A DNA stretch of 64,000 nt, taken from positions 295 to 64,294 of the forward strand of contig JAGVXO010000007.1 of NCBI GenBank assembly GCA_018303755.1. Direction: 5' to 3'. The notes under the pieces are model-generated. The model searched no databases. It had not been told where the DNA came from and saw only the letters and a program-made list of their open reading frames with translations. Of this stretch, positions 20,428 to 30,024 are shown in pieces (the first letter of the stretch is position 1; the number at the start of each line of letters is the position of its first letter). The DNA comes from Candidatus Pacearchaeota archaeon (GTDB taxonomy: Archaea > Nanobdellota > Nanobdellia > Pacearchaeales > GW2011-AR1). The position numbers and the translations under genes are program-made.

Positions 20428-20570
20428 TATACTACTTGGAAGAGATTTTTTATAAACCTTGTTATTGCCAAAAATTTAGGTATTTTTTCCGGGAAGGTTT
20501 TTATTCTGCTGTTTTTTACATATTTTTCCGGTATAGAAAAGTATATAAATCAAATCTTTTTGAAATGGGT

Positions 20571-20852
20571 ATGTTAAACATAAAAAAGCTCAGCGAGGTG
20601 CTGAACAAGAAGGTGTATACTGATTCCGGCAATTTCTTTGGAGAGATAGAAGAGGTTAATTTAGTGAATAATCGGGTGGACAGCTGGAGAATAAGAGTTG
20701 CAGGAAGTGTCAGCAGGACATTTAATGGCGCGAGAGGAGTAATAATCCCCCATAATTTTGTTCGTTCTGTTGGAGATGTTTTTGTAGTAAGCCAAATGGC
20801 TCTGCCTTCACAAAGCGAACTGCCTGAAATTTCAACAGAAGAGTTTAATTAG
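20571..20852 (+). CDS. PRC-barrel protein (CdpB-like)
   Basis: LSEVLNKKVYTDSGNFFGEIEEV...IIPHNFVRSVGDVFVV. Confidence 0.85.
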   Translation: MLNIKKLSEVLNKKVYTDSGNFFGEIEEVNLVNNRVDSWRIRVAGSVSRTFNGARGVIIPHNFVRSVGDVFVVSQMALPSQSELPEISTEEFN

Positions 20853-20887
20853 GTTGAAATTTATATAATATAAACAAAAAGGGGAAA

Positions 20888-21409
20888 ATGGCTTTTGAAA
20901 CAATTCTAATGCACGCTTTTGCAGTTCAGATAATTTATCCTTTTTTGCTTATTTTTACATTGGTTTTTGCAATTCTTCAGAAATCAAAAATTTTAGGAGA
21001 TGAGAAGAAACAGATTGATGCGCTTGTAGCTTTTTCAATTGCATTAATCACTGTTGCTTTTTCATGGGCAACAAACATTATTACTTCCTTAATGCCTTTT
21101 CTTGCAGTTTCAGTTGTTATACTTTTAGTATTCATGATTCTTTATGGTTTTGTTGGAAGCACTTCTGAAAAAGAATTTTCTCTGCCTAAACGCGTTCAGG
21201 TTGGAATTGTGATTATTGCAGGAATTGCATTGATAATTGCTGTTCTTGTTGCAACAGGACAATGGGATAAAGTTCATAATGCCTTGTTTATTAATGGCAA
21301 TCCAACGAATTTATTTTCAAATGTTCTTCTTATTGCGATTATTGCGGGTGCTTTGATTATTGTGGTAATGCCGTTTAAAAGTTCTGGCGGAAAAAAGAAG
21401 GACGAATAA
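20888..21409 (+). CDS. DPANN-type polytopic membrane protein (paralog 1)
   Basis: PFLLIFTLVFAILQKSKILG motif shared with the next two genes. Confidence 0.75.
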   Translation: MAFETILMHAFAVQIIYPFLLIFTLVFAILQKSKILGDEKKQIDALVAFSIALITVAFSWATNIITSLMPFLAVSVVILLVFMILYGFVGSTSEKEFSLPKRVQVGIVIIAGIALIIAVLVATGQWDKVHNALFINGNPTNLFSNVLLIAIIAGALIIVVMPFKSSGGKKKDE

Positions 21410-21418
21410 TCTTCTTTT

Positions 21419-21745
21419 GCGATCATCCAATAATCTTGCCTTATTTTAAGTTTGTTCATGGGCGTTTTTTATTTTTAATATAAATGAATCTTATTCAAAT
21501 TTATAAAAGAAATAGATTGCCTTTGTATGAATGTATGGCGGATTAGCAGATTTGAAGAAAAATAAATATGAGTGAGCAGAGCGAACCAAATTAAGGCGAG
21601 CCCGAATGGGCGAGCATATTACTTATTTTGCTAACACCCTCCATACTTTTTTCCACATTTTACCTCTTTTCATTAAATTTTTTTTATTTAATATTTCATT
21701 AAAAATATAACTTCTAATAAACAAGTGGATTAAGAATTTAAGAAA
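21419..21745 (+). repeat. two tandem family A units
   Basis: units start ~21419 and ~21629, joined by hairpins and the linker GAGCATATTACTTATTTTGCTAACA. Confidence 0.8.
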
Positions 21746-21809
21746 TGCCTTTTAAATACCTTTTAGAAAGGTATTTAAATAATGCTGGTTTTTTATTGGG
21801 GTTATTAAA

Positions 21810-22352
21810 ATGGGGCAATCAATAGGAACAATTCTTCAGCAGTGGGAGCAATTAGGGATATTTTATTATGCACTTCCTTTTCTTTTAATATTTGCGCTTG
21901 TATTTGCTGTTTTGCAGAAAGTAAAATTAATGGGCGGAGATGACGATAGGGCAAGAGGAGTTAATGCAATAATTGCTCTTGCTGTTGCACTAATGGCTTT
22001 GCAGTATAATAAAGTGCCAATATTTTTTCAGGTGATATTTCCTAAATTAGGAATTGCAATTTCAATACTTCTTGTTGCAATTATCCTTGTCGGGCTTTTT
22101 GTTGATTTTTCAAAGCACGAAGGCGCGGCAGTTATATTCTTTGGAATCGGAGGAGTTTCATTTATAGTAATTTTGTTGAGCTCTTTTGAAGATTATTCTT
22201 GGTGGAGTGGAGGCTGGTGGTATAATAATATGTCTGCTATAATTGCGGGAATTATTTTATTAGTTTTTGTAATGGTGATAATAAATTCAGGAAAAGTAAG
22301 AGAGAAAGGGACTCCTAACTGGCTTTTTAAACCGATTTCCGGAGGACATTGA
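21810..22352 (+). CDS. DPANN-type polytopic membrane protein (paralog 2)
   Basis: LPFLLIFALVFAVLQKVKLMG...VNAIIA. Confidence 0.75.
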   Translation: MGQSIGTILQQWEQLGIFYYALPFLLIFALVFAVLQKVKLMGGDDDRARGVNAIIALAVALMALQYNKVPIFFQVIFPKLGIAISILLVAIILVGLFVDFSKHEGAAVIFFGIGGVSFIVILLSSFEDYSWWSGGWWYNNMSAIIAGIILLVFVMVIINSGKVREKGTPNWLFKPISGGH

Positions 22353-22367
22353 GGATTATAAACAGAG

Positions 22368-22892
22368 ATGGCAGCAGCAGTTGATATTTCGTGGCTTGCA
22401 TATTTTATGCCGATAGTCGGCTTCTTTTTTGTATTTATTGTAATGTATGCAATTTTGGCAAAGACAAAATTATTAGGAGAGTCAAATTTTGTTAATTTGT
22501 TTTTATCATTTATTTTTGCAACGATTTTCGTGACTTTTTCTCCAGGAGTTGATTATGTTACAACAATCACCCCCTGGTTTGTGATATTAATTATTTCCCT
22601 TTTATTTGTTATGATGATAATCGGCTTTTCACAGAAAGAAATTGACAAGATGATGAAGCCGGGATTTTCATGGTTTTTTATTGTGGTTCTTGGAATTATA
22701 TTTTTAATATCTGCAATTAATGTTTTTCATCCAATACTCGCGCCTTATCTTCCTGGAGCATCTGACAGCGGAGGAGAAGACACTCTTTTATCTCTGAAGC
22801 ATTTTGTTTATTCTTCCAGATTCTTGGGGGCTGCGCTTCTGCTTATAATCGGCGCCTTGGCTTCGTGGATTATAACGAAAGGGAAGAAATAG
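22368..22892 (+). CDS. DPANN-type polytopic membrane protein (paralog 3)
   Basis: FFFVFIVMYAILAKTKLLGESNFVN. Confidence 0.75.
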   Translation: MAAAVDISWLAYFMPIVGFFFVFIVMYAILAKTKLLGESNFVNLFLSFIFATIFVTFSPGVDYVTTITPWFVILIISLLFVMMIIGFSQKEIDKMMKPGFSWFFIVVLGIIFLISAINVFHPILAPYLPGASDSGGEDTLLSLKHFVYSSRFLGAALLLIIGALASWIITKGKK

Positions 22893-22978
22893 TTTTTGCT
22901 TAAGTCCATTTACCTTTGAAGAAAATCCGCTGAAATAAGAATAGAAACCCTTTTAAACCCATTATCTTTTAAAAGATA

Positions 22979-23632
22979 ATGGGAATAATAAACGAGATAA
23001 CCTTGAGCATAATAAAAAATGCTGAAGATGGAGAGAGCATTCACAGCTTGGCCTCTAAATTGGGATTTGCTTATTCAGCAGTGTACAGATGGATTTTGGA
23101 ATTAGAAAAATACGGAGTAATTGGTTTAATAAGAAATGGAAATAGGGATGTTATTAAGATTAATGAGAATTTAATATATAAAAAGTTTAAAGAGTTGGAT
23201 GGGGCTGTTTCTGTTATTGAAAAAGACAATAATTTTTGGGAGTTGGTTAAAACTTTAAAATTGAAAATAAGGTTTGTAAAGGGAACAGCCGCAGTTATCT
23301 GGACTCAGGGAAGTTTTATAACAGGAGACTTTTATGATAGAATTTATTTCTTGGAAGTTGAAAAGAAAGATGCTGATAGTTTAAAGAATGCTTTAAGGGA
23401 AAATGGAATTGCATATACTAGAGGAGAGATTAACAACAAAAGGCCTTTGATTTGGATTATCCAAAAACAAAGTTTTAAGACAGAAAGAAGAGAAGGCTTG
23501 CCTGTTATGCCTTTAAGAGAATTAGTAAAATGGGGAAAAGAATTGCATTTGGAAAATATTTTGGAACATTTGGATATTTTATATAATTTGAAATTAAATG
23601 TCAGATATTCGGAGGTTTTAACAAATGTTTAA
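22979..23632 (+). CDS. wHTH protein, AbiEi-like antitoxin partner
   Basis: ESIHSLASKLGFAYSAVYRWILELEKYG HTH; overlaps an NTase gene. Confidence 0.65.
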   Translation: MGIINEITLSIIKNAEDGESIHSLASKLGFAYSAVYRWILELEKYGVIGLIRNGNRDVIKINENLIYKKFKELDGAVSVIEKDNNFWELVKTLKLKIRFVKGTAAVIWTQGSFITGDFYDRIYFLEVEKKDADSLKNALRENGIAYTRGEINNKRPLIWIIQKQSFKTERREGLPVMPLRELVKWGKELHLENILEHLDILYNLKLNVRYSEVLTNV

Positions 23633-24326
23633 AATGGATTCAAGAGCAGGTTTGCTTGAAAGAGAACAGGAGATTATAAAATTGCTTAATTTATTTTTGG
23701 ATAAAGAATTAGAGTTTATTGTTGTCGGAGGATATGCGGTTTCAACGTATAAAAAAAGATTCTCAATAGATTTGGATATCGTAATTCGCGAGGATAATTT
23801 TCTTCAATTTGAAAAAATATTAGAAAAAGAGGGTTTTGCTTTGCATTATGAAAAGAAAATTGCCCTGCTTTATGGAGAGAATTTTAAAAGATTTACAAAA
23901 AAGATGAAAAATTTGCCTGTTGATATTGATTTGTTAGTTAATGGGCTAGTTTCGCGAACAACAGATGCAAGTTGGGGATTTGATCATATCAGAAGAAATT
24001 CTATAAAAAGAAAGTTAAATGAATCCGAATTTTTAACTCCAGAAAAAGAGCTGCTTATTGCAATGAAATTTCATAGCGGAAGATTATCCGACATTCGGGA
24101 TATTGTTGCATTGATGCCCTGCAACAAAGAAAAACTTAAAGCTCATTTGTTAAAAGGGGATCTCAGCAAACTTAAACAATCTATGAAAAATCAAACATCT
24201 CTTCTAAATAACTCTCAATTTGATGATAGCTTTAAAGGGATATTTGGGCCATTTTCATATAATAATGAAGTTGTACAAGCAACTAAGGAGCTAATTGAAG
24301 GTATTTTAAAAGAAATGGATAAATAG
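23625..24326 (+). CDS. nucleotidyltransferase (AbiEii/pol-beta superfamily)
   Basis: VVGGYAV...RFSIDLD...IDLL...LIAMK..SGRLSDIRD. Confidence 0.8.
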   Translation: MFKMDSRAGLLEREQEIIKLLNLFLDKELEFIVVGGYAVSTYKKRFSIDLDIVIREDNFLQFEKILEKEGFALHYEKKIALLYGENFKRFTKKMKNLPVDIDLLVNGLVSRTTDASWGFDHIRRNSIKRKLNESEFLTPEKELLIAMKFHSGRLSDIRDIVALMPCNKEKLKAHLLKGDLSKLKQSMKNQTSLLNNSQFDDSFKGIFGPFSYNNEVVQATKELIEGILKEMDK

Positions 24327-24342
24327 AAGTATTTTGTTAATC

Positions 24343-25200
24343 TTATTTTCTTCTCGTGCTTTTTGTTTGCACTTCTCTCGCACCATCTATCAATGGATTA
24401 ATAACTTTTCTAAATCCATCCTGCATCTGCCTCATTTCTGTTTTTATGTCCCCTATGTTCTGTTCTTGCTCAGATGCTTTTCTTATTAGTGATGCCTGCA
24501 AAGAATCTATTATTGATTCTATTTTTTCAAGGCGCGAATTTAGTTTTTCAAGTTGCGCAGATGCCATAATTTTAAATTCTGAAACATCTTTTACGGATTT
24601 TGACATCTTGGATGTTTTTTCTTCAATCAGCTGATTTGCAACTTCACTTATTGTTTCTGTGCTTGCTTGAGAATATCCTGCTCCGTACTCTGTTCCATAT
24701 TGCCCATTATTTTGTTCATATTGACCATACTCTGCTGTTTGAGGAATTGTCTGCGGGGCATATTGTTCTGGTTGTTGATTCCAGTATTGCGGCTCTTGCT
24801 GCTGAGGCATTTGTTGAGGAGGATATGCTTGTTGCTGTGGTTGAGCAGTATATTGTTCGTATTGTTCTTGCTGAGGAGGATATTGCTCTTGAGGTATTGT
24901 TTGTTGGCCATATTGCTCTTGTTGTCCTTGTTGCTCAAATTCTGTTTGCTGAAAATTTGATTGTTGTTTTGGAGTCATTATTGATGTTTCCATACCTTCA
25001 GTAATCATTGAATCTTCTTCATATTCCTTACTATTATCTCCTACTGCCTGTTTTATGCTTGACTGCGCCATTGCTTCATTTATATCTCTCGGAGATATTC
25101 CTTTTTCTTGAAGTGAGCGTATTACATCACTGTTTGAGTATCCCTGCTGTTTCATTATTTTTATTATATCTAGTGTTGCCATTATACTTTTCCTGCCCAA
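24343..25200 (-). CDS. Q/P/Y-rich linker coiled-coil protein
   Basis: small N-terminal helical domain, QEQYPPQ-type repeats, C-terminal coiled coil ending VINPL. Confidence 0.75.
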   Translation of the reverse strand: MGRKSIMATLDIIKIMKQQGYSNSDVIRSLQEKGISPRDINEAMAQSSIKQAVGDNSKEYEEDSMITEGMETSIMTPKQQSNFQQTEFEQQGQQEQYGQQTIPQEQYPPQQEQYEQYTAQPQQQAYPPQQMPQQQEPQYWNQQPEQYAPQTIPQTAEYGQYEQNNGQYGTEYGAGYSQASTETISEVANQLIEEKTSKMSKSVKDVSEFKIMASAQLEKLNSRLEKIESIIDSLQASLIRKASEQEQNIGDIKTEMRQMQDGFRKVINPLIDGAREVQTKSTRRK

Positions 25201-25613
25201 AAAGCGTGTTTTGAATCTGAATTTTCTAATTCTTCTTTTTGTGAATGTTTTTTTCCTTTTCCTAATTTTTCGTCAATAATTTCTTCAACATCTTCTATTC
25301 TTGCATAATTTAACGGCTCAAACATTTTATACTGGCGCGAGAGTATTGCTAACTCTTCTTTTCTTGCACTTTTTGAAACTTCTTCTGAAAGCGACTCAAT
25401 TATACTTTTTATTCTTTTTACATCTGTTTTCATTTCCTGGACTTCTTTTTTTATTTCTGTTATCTCTGCACTGCTTTTTTCTTCAAATTCTATGAGATTT
25501 TTTCCAATTAGAAGAACTCGGTCTTTCATCAGTTTCTGCCCCTGCTCTAAATCACGAAGCTTTATTGCAACTTCATAGGAAATTTGCTGCTGAGTTTGAA
25601 ATTCCTGCACCAT
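25182..25613 (-). CDS. coiled-coil protein divergent from the pilus ATPase
   Basis: 143 aa heptad-rich ORF overlapping the next gene. Confidence 0.7.
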   Translation of the reverse strand: MVQEFQTQQQISYEVAIKLRDLEQGQKLMKDRVLLIGKNLIEFEEKSSAEITEIKKEVQEMKTDVKRIKSIIESLSEEVSKSARKEELAILSRQYKMFEPLNYARIEDVEEIIDEKLGKGKKHSQKEELENSDSKHAFWAGKV

Positions 25614-25696
25614 CTTTATTTTATTATTAAATAACGAAGGGAGGGTTTAAATTTGTTTGCACGTGCAGATAAATTGAGCGTTTTAAGGGATGTTTT

Positions 25697-25960
25697 GCTC
25701 GCTTCGCTCGCCTTTTTATTTTTCAAATTTGTTAATCTATTGATACATTGGTTTTCAGGAATTTAATTTGTATTAATAATAAAATAATAAATTTTTAATA
25801 CTCGTGAAAAATCTCCAATCTTTAGATTGGAGTTAAAGTGTATAGATTTTTCCCGGTTCTCCCAAAACCCAAACACAAACTTCACACTTTAGTGTAGAGT
25901 ATCCTCAAATGGTTTTGTGATTAAACAGATATTAAATAAGAGAAAGTTATTAGATGTTAG
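25697..25960 (-). repeat. family A repeat interrupted by a family B element
   Basis: minus strand CTAACATCTAATAACTTTCTCTTATTTAATATC...CCAATGTATCAATAGATTAACAAATTTG...GCGAGCGAAGCGAGC. Confidence 0.8.
25800..25922 (+). mobile_element. family B non-autonomous IS200/IS605-like element
   Basis: TTAAT|ACTCGTGAAAAAT-CTCCAATCTTTAGATTGGAG ... CACACTTTAGTGT-AGAGTATCCTCAA; near-identical to 45017-45139. Confidence 0.8.
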
Positions 25961-26023
25961 AGAATAAGCTACTTTAATCATATTTAGCATCACAGAAAAC
26001 TATTTTAATCGTCTTTTGGTTTT

Positions 26024-28285
26024 ATGGTTATGTTATTTAAAAAAGGGGCTGTGCTTTATTCATATGAAGTTCAGAGAGAGTCAGGAGAGAATGTTATTTA
26101 TGTAAACTATCTTGGAGCGCCTGATATTCCAAGCATCGCAAAATCTCCTGAAGTTATGACAAGAGCAATTGATTTATTTATTGAATCTCCTAATGCTTCG
26201 AGATTAGTATTAGTCCAGCAGAGAAATTACAGCTATAATTCAGAGCAGGTTGAAATGCTTGTTGAAATTGCACAATTATATACTTTTCTTTTAAAGCAGG
26301 AAAGAGTGCTTTCTCCAGAAATGTTGTCAAGTAATCCAAGGGAGTTATCATCAAGATATGCTTTTATGAATTATTTTATGACTATTTTAAGACAGAACCC
26401 ATTTTTAGCATACAGAAAGATTAAAAATGCCTTAATTGAAGAAAAATCAAAGAGTGGGCACGATATTCTTTACATTGGGCTTCTTGAAAAAATTGTTTCA
26501 TTACTCTTAAAAACAAAACTTATTTTAAAAATAGAAAAATATGCAGAGGATTATGCTTTTGAAAGCAGGGAAATATACGAAAAACTTTTTTCTCCAAATA
26601 TAATCCCTAATTATGCTTTTGCAAGGCTTGCTTCTGAGCTTCCGGAAAATGCGAAAATAATATCGCAATATGCTATTGGAAGTGGAGATGATAAAAGCAC
26701 AGTAACTATCTTAAAAAAAGAAAATGAATTAAAATATATTTATCATTTAATGCCTCCTGAATATTTTCTTAATGAGGATTTTCAGATGCTTCTTAATCTT
26801 GCGAGAAATGTTCTTATAGAGCACCAGCCAAAGGCAGAAGAGTTTACAGATACTGAAAGAACAAGGCAGGTTTTTTTTAATGTTGCGCGCGATTTATTGA
26901 GGGAGCTTGCAGAAGAAAAACATATAACTTTTTCTTATGAAGAGCTTGGCAAACTCGCGATGATTCTTGTAAGACATACAATTGGCTTTGGCTTGTTAGA
27001 GGTTCTTTTGCAGGACAGTAATTTGCAGGATATTGTTCTTAATGCTCCGATAAGCATGAATACAATTTTTGTAAGGCATGGAAAATATGATGAGTGTTCT
27101 ACGAATATTATTCTTAGCCAGGAAGATGGAGAATCGTGGGCCGCGAAATTCAGAATGATTTCAGGAAGGCCGCTTGATGAGGCAAATCCTGTTCTCGATA
27201 CTGATTTATTGATTGAAGGCGCGAGAGCAAGAGTTTCAATTGTGCAGAGGCCTTTATCTCCTCACGGACTTGCATATGCTGTAAGAAGACACAGAGATTA
27301 TCCTTGGACACTTCCTTTGTTTATTGAAAATAAAATGCTTAATCCATTTACTGCTGGATTATTAAGTTTTCTTATTGATGGGAGCAGGACACTTCTTGTG
27401 GCAGGAACAAGAAGCTCTGGAAAAACTTCGCTTCTTGGAGCTTTAATGCTTGAAATAAAACCAAAATATAGAATTATCCTTATAGAAGATACTCTTGAAA
27501 TTCCTGCAGATTATTTGAGAAAAATGGGTTATGATATTTTAAGTATGAAGGTGCGTTCTTCGCTGACTGAAACAAGCAACGAAGTTACAGCAGAAGAGGG
27601 AATAAGAACAAGTTTGAGATTAGGAGACAGCTCTTTAATTGTCGGCGAGATAAGAAGCAATGAAGCAAAAGCATTATATGAGGCAATGAGAGTAGGAGCA
27701 CTTGCAAATGTTGTTGCAGGAACGGTTCATGGAAACTCTCCTTATGGTGTTTTTGACAGAATTGTAAATGATTTGCAAGTTCCGATTACAAGTTTTAAAG
27801 CAACTGATTTAGTTCTTGTTGCAAATCCTGTTAAAAGTCCTGATGGATTACATTCTGCGAGGAGAGTTGTTCAATTAACAGAGGTAAGAAAGCACTGGAC
27901 AAAAGATCCTCTTGAAGAAAAAGGATTTGTTGATTTGGTTAATTATAATGTTGAGAAAGATGAATTAGAGCCGAGTGATGAATTGATTAACGGGAATTCT
28001 GAAGTTATAAAAGCAATTGCTTCAGGAGTTAAGGGATGGGCAGGAAACTGGGATGCTGTTTATGATAATATTATTTTAAGAGGGATGGTTAAACAGGAGC
28101 AGGTTGAATTAGCACATAGGTTGAACAGGCCAGAACTACTTGAGGCAAATTTTTCCCTTCTTGCAAATACTTTATTTCATAACATTTCTGAAGAAGTTAC
28201 AAAAGAGTTAGGATTTCCTGATTCCAAGATTGTTTTTCCTAAATGGAAAAAGGACGTTGAGAAACTTGCGCAGGATTTTTCTTAA
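26024..28285 (+). CDS. type II/IV secretion (VirB11/TadA/ArlI-like) pilus assembly ATPase
   Basis: GFGLLEVLLQD, AGTRSSGKT, IEDTLEI, SLRLGDSSLIVGEIR, GTVHG. Confidence 0.93.
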   Translation: MVMLFKKGAVLYSYEVQRESGENVIYVNYLGAPDIPSIAKSPEVMTRAIDLFIESPNASRLVLVQQRNYSYNSEQVEMLVEIAQLYTFLLKQERVLSPEMLSSNPRELSSRYAFMNYFMTILRQNPFLAYRKIKNALIEEKSKSGHDILYIGLLEKIVSLLLKTKLILKIEKYAEDYAFESREIYEKLFSPNIIPNYAFARLASELPENAKIISQYAIGSGDDKSTVTILKKENELKYIYHLMPPEYFLNEDFQMLLNLARNVLIEHQPKAEEFTDTERTRQVFFNVARDLLRELAEEKHITFSYEELGKLAMILVRHTIGFGLLEVLLQDSNLQDIVLNAPISMNTIFVRHGKYDECSTNIILSQEDGESWAAKFRMISGRPLDEANPVLDTDLLIEGARARVSIVQRPLSPHGLAYAVRRHRDYPWTLPLFIENKMLNPFTAGLLSFLIDGSRTLLVAGTRSSGKTSLLGALMLEIKPKYRIILIEDTLEIPADYLRKMGYDILSMKVRSSLTETSNEVTAEEGIRTSLRLGDSSLIVGEIRSNEAKALYEAMRVGALANVVAGTVHGNSPYGVFDRIVNDLQVPITSFKATDLVLVANPVKSPDGLHSARRVVQLTEVRKHWTKDPLEEKGFVDLVNYNVEKDELEPSDELINGNSEVIKAIASGVKGWAGNWDAVYDNIILRGMVKQEQVELAHRLNRPELLEANFSLLANTLFHNISEEVTKELGFPDSKIVFPKWKKDVEKLAQDFS

Positions 28286-28294
28286 ATCTTATTT

Positions 28295-28463
28295 TTAAAC
28301 ATCCCATAATTTTGCCTTATTTTTACATCTTTTCATTGAAGTCTTCTTTTTTATTTAATATCCCATTAAAAATCATAAAGTCTAATGAACAAATAGACGA
28401 CAGATTTGCAGAATAAAACAAGCGCGAAGCGCACTAATGTCGTTATTAATGTGAGCGAGCGAA
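28295..28463 (+). repeat. family A repeat
   Basis: close to 15088-15210; GCGCGAAGCGC mini-hairpin, then GTGAGCGAGCGAA. Confidence 0.85.
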
Positions 28464-28507
28464 AGATTTAAATATCCATATACTTCTATATGATAAGGTG
28501 TATAAAT

Positions 28508-29095
28508 ATGTATGAAAATAAATATAAAAATGAGCCTCTTACGAGATTAGAAGATTTAGATATTCTTTTAAATCTTTTGGCAGATTTAAATGAGCCGTTG
28601 GAATTGTTTGCAATAGGAGGAACTGCAATGGTTTTAAAAAGAATTAAAGAATCTACAAAGGATATAGATTTTTTGACTGCTGAAAAATATGAGAAAATTA
28701 AAAAGCTATTTACTTTAGCAGGTTTAAAAGAAGAAAGTTCTAATAAACTTTGTAACATTTGGAAATTAGGCAATATTCGGATAGATATTTTTTATGATGG
28801 TTTTATTATGGGCATAAGATTTCCTGATGATTGGAGAAAGTTATCTGAAAAAGTAAAAGAAATTGGAAAAATTAAGCTATATATTCTTAATTGGTATGAT
28901 TTGATTATCACGAAAATTTCAAGGGCTGAGAAAAGAGATATTGAAGATATAATTGCAATAATAAAAAGCCAAAAGTTAGATTTTGGTTTTTTGAAAAAGA
29001 GATATTATTCTTTTGCCGAAACTGCACTTATTTCAGATTTTGATTATAAATTTAAACATTTGGAAAGGGAATATGCCAAGCGCAAAATTGATTAA
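28508..29095 (+). CDS. DUF6036-like nucleotidyltransferase
   Basis: AIGGTAM...STKDIDF...RIDIF...DLIITKISR...DIEDI. Confidence 0.8.
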   Translation: MYENKYKNEPLTRLEDLDILLNLLADLNEPLELFAIGGTAMVLKRIKESTKDIDFLTAEKYEKIKKLFTLAGLKEESSNKLCNIWKLGNIRIDIFYDGFIMGIRFPDDWRKLSEKVKEIGKIKLYILNWYDLIITKISRAEKRDIEDIIAIIKSQKLDFGFLKKRYYSFAETALISDFDYKFKHLEREYAKRKID

Positions 29096-29693
29096 GGCAC
29101 TTGAAAAAGAAGGCTTTTTTTTGGAGTTTCCAGAATATTATTCAAATGAAGAAATTGTTTTTGAGATATTAAAGGAGGACAATCCGAGAATAACTCTCTG
29201 CCTGCCGCTTTTTTTAAGAAAAGGAATAGATTACAAAACGATTTCCTCGAAATTAAATCCCAAAAAGAAAAAAGAATTAAATAGGGCAATTGCTATCAGT
29301 GATAAAATCTACAAAAAAGAAAAAATTGAGAATACTCTTTCAGGCATTATAAAACAAAATAGAATAAAAGTAAACTTCTCAGAACAGGAATTCAAAGAGT
29401 TTTATGATTCTTTTAAAGAGAGTCGAGCAAGATTAAAAGAAAATGAACAAAAAATTATTGAAAAGCAGTCTAAACTGCGGCTTAATCTTGATTTAAACAA
29501 ATGCATGTCTGTTTTATTTTCTCCAGCAAAGATAAAAATAATGGAGAAAATATTCAATCATAAACTGCTTACGAATACAGAATTAAAGTATTATTATAAA
29601 TCCATTTCAAATATAAACAAGGCAGTTTTAAATCCAAATTTGCAGGATTATTTAAGGATAATTGAGATTACGAAGAAGATTGCGGAGAAATGA
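29073..29693 (+). CDS. hypothetical partner of the NTase (C-terminal HTH-like region)
   Basis: overlaps the NTase; LFSPAKIKIMEK...LTNTELKYYY. Confidence 0.65.
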   Translation: MPSAKLIKALEKEGFFLEFPEYYSNEEIVFEILKEDNPRITLCLPLFLRKGIDYKTISSKLNPKKKKELNRAIAISDKIYKKEKIENTLSGIIKQNRIKVNFSEQEFKEFYDSFKESRARLKENEQKIIEKQSKLRLNLDLNKCMSVLFSPAKIKIMEKIFNHKLLTNTELKYYYKSISNINKAVLNPNLQDYLRIIEITKKIAEK

Positions 29694-29710
29694 GCGAGCT
29701 AAATTAATTA

Positions 29711-29879
29711 TTCTAACATCCTATAATTTTGCCTTATTTTAAGTTTGTTCATTGGTGCTTTTTATTTATTGATTTAAAACATAATGTAAATTCCAATCTG
29801 CTCACGGGTTTAGGATTTACAAAATAAATAAGTGAGCGAAGCGAACCAAAATTGTGGGGCGAGCCCGCAGGGCGAGCCG
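29711..29879 (+). repeat. family A repeat
   Basis: CTAACATCCTATAATTTTGCCTTATTTTAAGTTTGTTCAT...GTGAGCGAAGCGAAC...GGCGAGCCCGCAGGGCGAGCC. Confidence 0.85.
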
Positions 29880-29951
29880 ATAATTCCATTATTCAAATAA
29901 AAAATCACAACCGAAATATTTATAACTCCCCCCCCCTTGGATTGTTAATCT
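29870..29951 (+). promoter_or_regulatory. duplicated promoter block with TATA box and poly-C tract
   Basis: copy of 15251-15330 with C9 instead of C7. Confidence 0.7.
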
Positions 29952-30024
29952 TTCAATAAGTTTTTAACACGAAAAAGAAAGATTGAACTAAAATAAAAAA
30001 TAGTGATTGAAAGGAGGTGATAAA

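Noticed and set aside
24356-25214. Plus-strand and alternative-frame ORFs over the Q-rich gene
   Set aside because: Shadow ORFs caused by low-complexity CAA/CAG codons.
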